From the IMG/VR virus record IMGVR_UViG_3300029305_002311: a stretch of 64,000 nt of DNA; one strand, given 5' to 3'. The notes beneath the pieces are model-generated. The model was not told the origin of the DNA. It saw nothing but the letters and a program-made list of their open reading frames with translations, and did not search any database. Position numbers and translations under genes: made by a program. This document shows, piece after piece, positions 59,929 to 64,000 of the stretch (positions within the stretch are counted from its first letter, which is position 1; each line of letters starts with the position of its first letter). Origin of the DNA: a virus.

Positions 59929-60549
59929 TTATAAATTATCTGTTGGTTCTACTTCAACATTTGGATGTAGAACTGTGAAGTAATTTTCACTTCTTAATAG
60001 TGTTGCGTGTACTTGTATTCCAAGTGTATATCTATAAATTTTACCCTCTGAATGATACAATGATAAATCTGAATTATCAACAATTTGGTCATCTATATCA
60101 AAAGAGTATTTTAATTTTTTTCCTTGATAAGTAATTTCTACTTCTTGATTTTCAAATAACCAAAACAATAATTCTTGCATTAATTGTTCTGCACTTAATC
60201 TGTCTGTGCCCCAAACATCTATCTGGTAGCCTATTATTATATATATGAACTTAGCATTTTTAGCTAAACGCTCATTAGTCCCTTTAAACTCTCCTGTCTT
60301 CGTAAAAGTAGGGAGTGGGTTTTGAAAAGACAGACCCTCTTTATATGAAGGGTAAGCTGTATTTCTCTTATCTATAGCTATAGTAGTGTTAGGGTATAAA
60401 CTTATGAACGGGAAAGTTATCTTACCCTCTGTGTTCTTAAAAGCGTATTCAAATGCAGTGTTTACTGGCTGTAAGATTATATCTCCATTAAATACTTCTT
60501 TGAATAGTTTTTTAAGACCTTCTCCATATTGGCTAAAATTACTAAACAT
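59929..60549 (-). CDS. Tail completion/neck protein
   Basis: Synteny between sheath and connector genes. Confidence 0.5.
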   Translation of the reverse strand: MFSNFSQYGEGLKKLFKEVFNGDIILQPVNTAFEYAFKNTEGKITFPFISLYPNTTIAIDKRNTAYPSYKEGLSFQNPLPTFTKTGEFKGTNERLAKNAKFIYIIIGYQIDVWGTDRLSAEQLMQELLFWLFENQEVEITYQGKKLKYSFDIDDQIVDNSDLSLYHSEGKIYRYTLGIQVHATLLRSENYFTVLHPNVEVEPTDNL

Positions 60550-60552
60550 GCA

Positions 60553-60882
60553 TCAATTCTCCTTCATATTAAAGTTTCTAATTAAGGATTGCTTTGCTTT
60601 AGATAATATATGAGTTGGCTTTGCACCTTCTCCACCATATTCTAAATATCTTAAAATAAGATTAAATCTGGTATGTTCTGGTGCTTCTAGATAACCATTC
60701 TTGAATGTTATACTATTTAAAGCTTCATGCAATTCTTCTTCAGTGAATATTGATAGAAACTGTTTAAAAGCTAAATCTTCATTTAATTTGCTTTTGTTTA
60801 TTTCTATCAATATTAAATTTCTATATAATTCTCTTAAAGAACGAGCTCCAGTTAGATAATCTCTACAATTTACTAATCTCAT
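60553..60882 (-). CDS. Hypothetical neck-region protein
   Basis: ORF with RBS, synteny. Confidence 0.5.
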   Translation of the reverse strand: MRLVNCRDYLTGARSLRELYRNLILIEINKSKLNEDLAFKQFLSIFTEEELHEALNSITFKNGYLEAPEHTRFNLILRYLEYGGEGAKPTHILSKAKQSLIRNFNMKEN

Positions 60883-61433
60883 AATAAATCTTCTTCTCCG
60901 ATTAGTTTTCTATTAAGAAATCTATTCTCATTAGTCATATCATTAGGTGTAGGAACTGGGTTTGTTGGAGTTAGTTGTTTTCTATGAGGAGCTAAATTAC
61001 ATATAAACATAGCTAAATCCAAGTCAGTTTTTACATCAACGATATCAAACTTTTCTGTTTGGTAAGAATTTTCATTATGAGGGTCTAACCTTGCAGAAAT
61101 TTCTAATATGGCTCCTTCTGAAGGATTTATGTTATTATCTTCAGAATCTTTAAAAGTTAAATAGCAAAGTATTGGTTTTGAATCAGACCCTTCTGTATAC
61201 CAACCATATTTTAATAGTTGAGCTTTTTTAGGGTTCTCTACTAAATAATAAGAAACAGTTACTGGAGTTTTCCATTGATAATACTCATCAGTATTAACTT
61301 GGTTCTCAGTTAACACTTCATAAAGAAGTCCAGAGCGACCTTGAAGGTTTGCTCCTTCTACAAAGTGTTTTCTATACATCTCTATCTCTCTAAAAGAAGG
61401 GTATAATTTTCCTCTAAACTTCTTATCTGACAT
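60879..61433 (-). CDS. Neck/head completion protein
   Basis: Synteny. Confidence 0.45.
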   Translation of the reverse strand: MSDKKFRGKLYPSFREIEMYRKHFVEGANLQGRSGLLYEVLTENQVNTDEYYQWKTPVTVSYYLVENPKKAQLLKYGWYTEGSDSKPILCYLTFKDSEDNNINPSEGAILEISARLDPHNENSYQTEKFDIVDVKTDLDLAMFICNLAPHRKQLTPTNPVPTPNDMTNENRFLNRKLIGEEDLL

Positions 61434-61442
61434 AGTTTCCTC

Positions 61443-62417
61443 CTATTCTTCTACTTTTTCCTCTACTTCAGTTTCTTCAGCTTTAGTTATTACTTCTTCA
61501 TCTTCTTTTACAAGTTCTTCTGATTCATTTTTTAAGTCTAACTCAAAAGAATCATACATTCCATTAGCAAATTTTACAGCTTTTATTCCATCAGCTTGTT
61601 TGAATAAAAGATATGGAGTTTTGTGAACTTTTACTATGCCTATGAATTTCATATCTGATGAGTCTAATAATTCTACTTTAGCTTCATTTTCAGTTGATAC
61701 ATTTACTATGTTATCTGCATCATCTAATTCAATATCTAAATCCCATCCAAGATTTCTATAAGTTGATTCATCTAGTTCTTCAGACTCTTCCATTCCCCTA
61801 GCGACTCTTACTCTATGTAAAACATCTTTTCTTCTATCTTCTGCATCATATGCATCTTTTTGTCTATTGTCTCTATATTTTTTGTGAAACTCTAAATCTC
61901 TTTGAGCTTTCTTAACTTTATCTTCATAATAATCCATTGATTTATCTGCGTGTTCTACTGAAGATTCAGCGTCTTTTCTATCTTTTACTGCTTTTTTATA
62001 ATCTTTTATATTTTGAGATATACCGTCTGAATATTGAGCCATTTCATCTCTATCAGCTGAAGCATACCCTTTTCCTTTACCAGTTTTTATTCCTTTAGGA
62101 ACATACTCTGGGTAGTATTTACCTTGACGAGATTTTTTCTCTGTGTCTAATTGATTTTTAAAATCAACTTTTTTCTTATCTTCTCTAGAATATTCAGATG
62201 GGTCTAACCATCTTTTAGTTTTTGGGTTTCTTATTCCAAAAACTTTTCCATCAGATGTTTCTTCAGTTTCATATCCCATAGCTTTAATTTTTTCTTTATT
62301 TTTTCCAGCATTAGGATTAGCTAAAACTCTATTTACTTCTTCATTATCTTTATTAATCTTTTCATTAAGATTTTCTTGATAACTTTCAAATAGTTCGACA
62401 GTTTTACTATTTCTCAT
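61443..62417 (-). CDS. Highly charged coiled-coil head-region protein
   Basis: Composition; synteny. Confidence 0.45.
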   Translation of the reverse strand: MRNSKTVELFESYQENLNEKINKDNEEVNRVLANPNAGKNKEKIKAMGYETEETSDGKVFGIRNPKTKRWLDPSEYSREDKKKVDFKNQLDTEKKSRQGKYYPEYVPKGIKTGKGKGYASADRDEMAQYSDGISQNIKDYKKAVKDRKDAESSVEHADKSMDYYEDKVKKAQRDLEFHKKYRDNRQKDAYDAEDRRKDVLHRVRVARGMEESEELDESTYRNLGWDLDIELDDADNIVNVSTENEAKVELLDSSDMKFIGIVKVHKTPYLLFKQADGIKAVKFANGMYDSFELDLKNESEELVKEDEEVITKAEETEVEEKVEE

Positions 62418-62431
62418 CTTTATTCCTCCTA

Positions 62432-63088
62432 TTATAATATATAAATCTCACCAATTAATTGAGACTCTAAATTAGCTTTTTCTGCAGCAGCTTCTTGTAA
62501 TAAAGTATTACCGTCAAGAGTGTATGGGCTTCCATCTACTGAGAATTTGCTTCTTACTCTACCAACTAATTCTTTAGTTAGAGCTAAAACATACTCTTTA
62601 ACCCAGCTACAGTACATTGAGTCATCAGCTACATCAGATACTACTTTTGGTCTAACAGATAATTCTATTAGAACATTTTCTTGATAGTCATCTAAATATA
62701 AGTTTGGCTTAATGTATTTATGATTTATACTCTTTTGGTAATTAAATTCATTTTGTAGTACTTTATAAGATTGAAATCCTATAAATCTATTAATGAAAGT
62801 AGCATCATATAAGATTACTCCATTACCACCAAAAGCATACTCTTGAGCTGTGATTAAATCTGTGTTTTTACAGTTCCATACATTTCTAACTGCAACTACA
62901 GGCTCATGATTAGATAAATCTATTACTTTTCCAGAAGCTTGAATATATCTAACACCTTCATAATAAGGAGCTAGTTTATCTAGAGCCATCTTAATCATCT
63001 GATTTATATCTTTATTTTCAGCTTCAACATCAACCCAGTTTATACCAAGTTGAGTCTTTACATAATTTCTTACATCAGCTTCTGTCAT
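62432..63088 (-). CDS. Head-tail connector/neck protein
   Basis: Synteny; helical N-terminus MTEADVRNYVKTQLG typical of connector proteins. Confidence 0.5.
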   Translation of the reverse strand: MTEADVRNYVKTQLGINWVDVEAENKDINQMIKMALDKLAPYYEGVRYIQASGKVIDLSNHEPVVAVRNVWNCKNTDLITAQEYAFGGNGVILYDATFINRFIGFQSYKVLQNEFNYQKSINHKYIKPNLYLDDYQENVLIELSVRPKVVSDVADDSMYCSWVKEYVLALTKELVGRVRSKFSVDGSPYTLDGNTLLQEAAAEKANLESQLIGEIYIL

Positions 63089-63102
63089 AATTTACCTCCA
63101 GT

Positions 63103-63642
63103 TTATTTAGTGTATTCTTTATAAGCTTCAACAGCTATTAAATCTTCTGCATTAAATTTAGACATATTTCCTGATAATTGTCCTTTTGTAAGTTCTGAGA
63201 TTTTCTTTCCTTTATGTTTCGTAGAAGTTAATATATAATCTCCAGGATTGCTAACTTCTTTTTCTACTTCTTCTACTTTTGTTTCTTCAGATAAAGCAGC
63301 TTTTAACTCTTCTTCTGGTATTGGGCCAGCTACTAATTCAGATTTTAAATCTGCTACAGTTGCATTACTTTGAATAGGTCTATAATTATAATCCATTCTT
63401 GGTTGAACTGGTGCTATATTTTCTTGTAAATCTATTACTTTATAGCATCCATCTGGTTTAGCATTTAATTTATGGTCTAACAATAGAGGTCTTAGTTGTC
63501 TAAGAGCTTCTACTCCAGATTGAGTTAATCCTTTAATATAAATATCTCTACCTGCATTTATTTGTACTTCTCCATGTACAGGTAATGTGAAAGTGAAAGA
63601 GCCTTCTCCTTTAAAACTTACTTTTGCATTATAAGTATTCAT
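63103..63642 (-). CDS. Hypothetical head-region protein
   Basis: ORF with RBS; directly downstream of capsid gene. Confidence 0.5.
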   Translation of the reverse strand: MNTYNAKVSFKGEGSFTFTLPVHGEVQINAGRDIYIKGLTQSGVEALRQLRPLLLDHKLNAKPDGCYKVIDLQENIAPVQPRMDYNYRPIQSNATVADLKSELVAGPIPEEELKAALSEETKVEEVEKEVSNPGDYILTSTKHKGKKISELTKGQLSGNMSKFNAEDLIAVEAYKEYTK

Positions 63643-63710
63643 TTATAATTCCTCCTTTATATTATTGCTACAAATCGTAACTCTTAATAGTATTTATAAT
63701 TCTGTTGCAA

Positions 63711-63741
63711 TTAAAAACCCTCTGGCATTTTACCAGAGGGT
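63711..63741 (-). terminator. Strong intrinsic terminator after the capsid gene
   Basis: ACCCTCTGG-loop-CCAGAGGGT, followed on minus by TTTTTAA. Confidence 0.9.
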
Positions 63742-63780
63742 GAAAGGTTCATTTATAAGCAAACTAATTTATAATTAGTT

Positions 63781-64000
63781 GTTTACATGTGTTATTAAAC
63801 CATTGCAGAAGAATTCTGGAGCTACTAATTTCTTTCCGTAAGAAGTAGCGTATCCTTGATGTCCAAAGAAGTCACTTCCCATTAAGAATTGAGTAGCCAT
63901 AATTGGCATATATGGTGCATATACGAATCCAGTATCTAGAGTAACATCTCCTCTGTATACTATAGTGAATTTGTCTGCTGGGTAATATGGATTTTTAACT
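63781..64000 (-). CDS. Partial C-terminus of probable major capsid protein (T4 gp23-like); start approximate at stop codon, runs off window
   Basis: Manual translation KNPYYPADKFTIVYRGDVTLDTGFVYAPYMPIMATQFLMGSDFFGHQGYATSYGKKLVAPEFFCNGLITHVNN*. Confidence 0.65.

Overview
Window of a low-GC virulent-type myophage genome (T4-like/Firmicutes-associated architecture), nearly all genes on the minus strand. Reading in transcription order (high to low coordinate): 3' end of a likely major capsid gene, a terminator, neck/connector genes, tail sheath and tube, a tail-assembly-chaperone pair with a probable +1 frameshift, an M23-containing tape measure, a baseplate hub with a lytic transglycosylase domain, OB-fold spike, collar-domain fibres, baseplate wedge genes (gp53/gp25/gp6-J/gpI-like), a Hint (intein/hedgehog-like) protein next to a papain-like protease, a ~19 kb cluster of BspA-like leucine-rich-repeat (LRR) adhesin/fibre paralogs with a GT2 glycosyltransferase and a lipoate/biotin-ligase-fold-like protein, a lysis cassette, an HNH gene, and many small early-type genes. 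Most important observation: four structural genes (a baseplate hub and three fibre/LRR genes) are each interrupted in exactly the same way, by an in-frame CGG codon in the context NNG-CGG-A. Skipping one C (+1) restores the downstream frame as NNG-GGA and puts a plausible Gly in register. By manual scan, CGG is otherwise essentially absent in frame outside the HNH gene. This suggests systematic +1 recoding at a hungry or unassigned CGG codon, or quadruplet CGGA decoding. Gene callers split all four genes. Other items: a C-terminal Hint domain in a virion-region protein, a structured RNA candidate, dispersed ~65-nt intergenic motifs, and three near-identical sigma70-type promoters.
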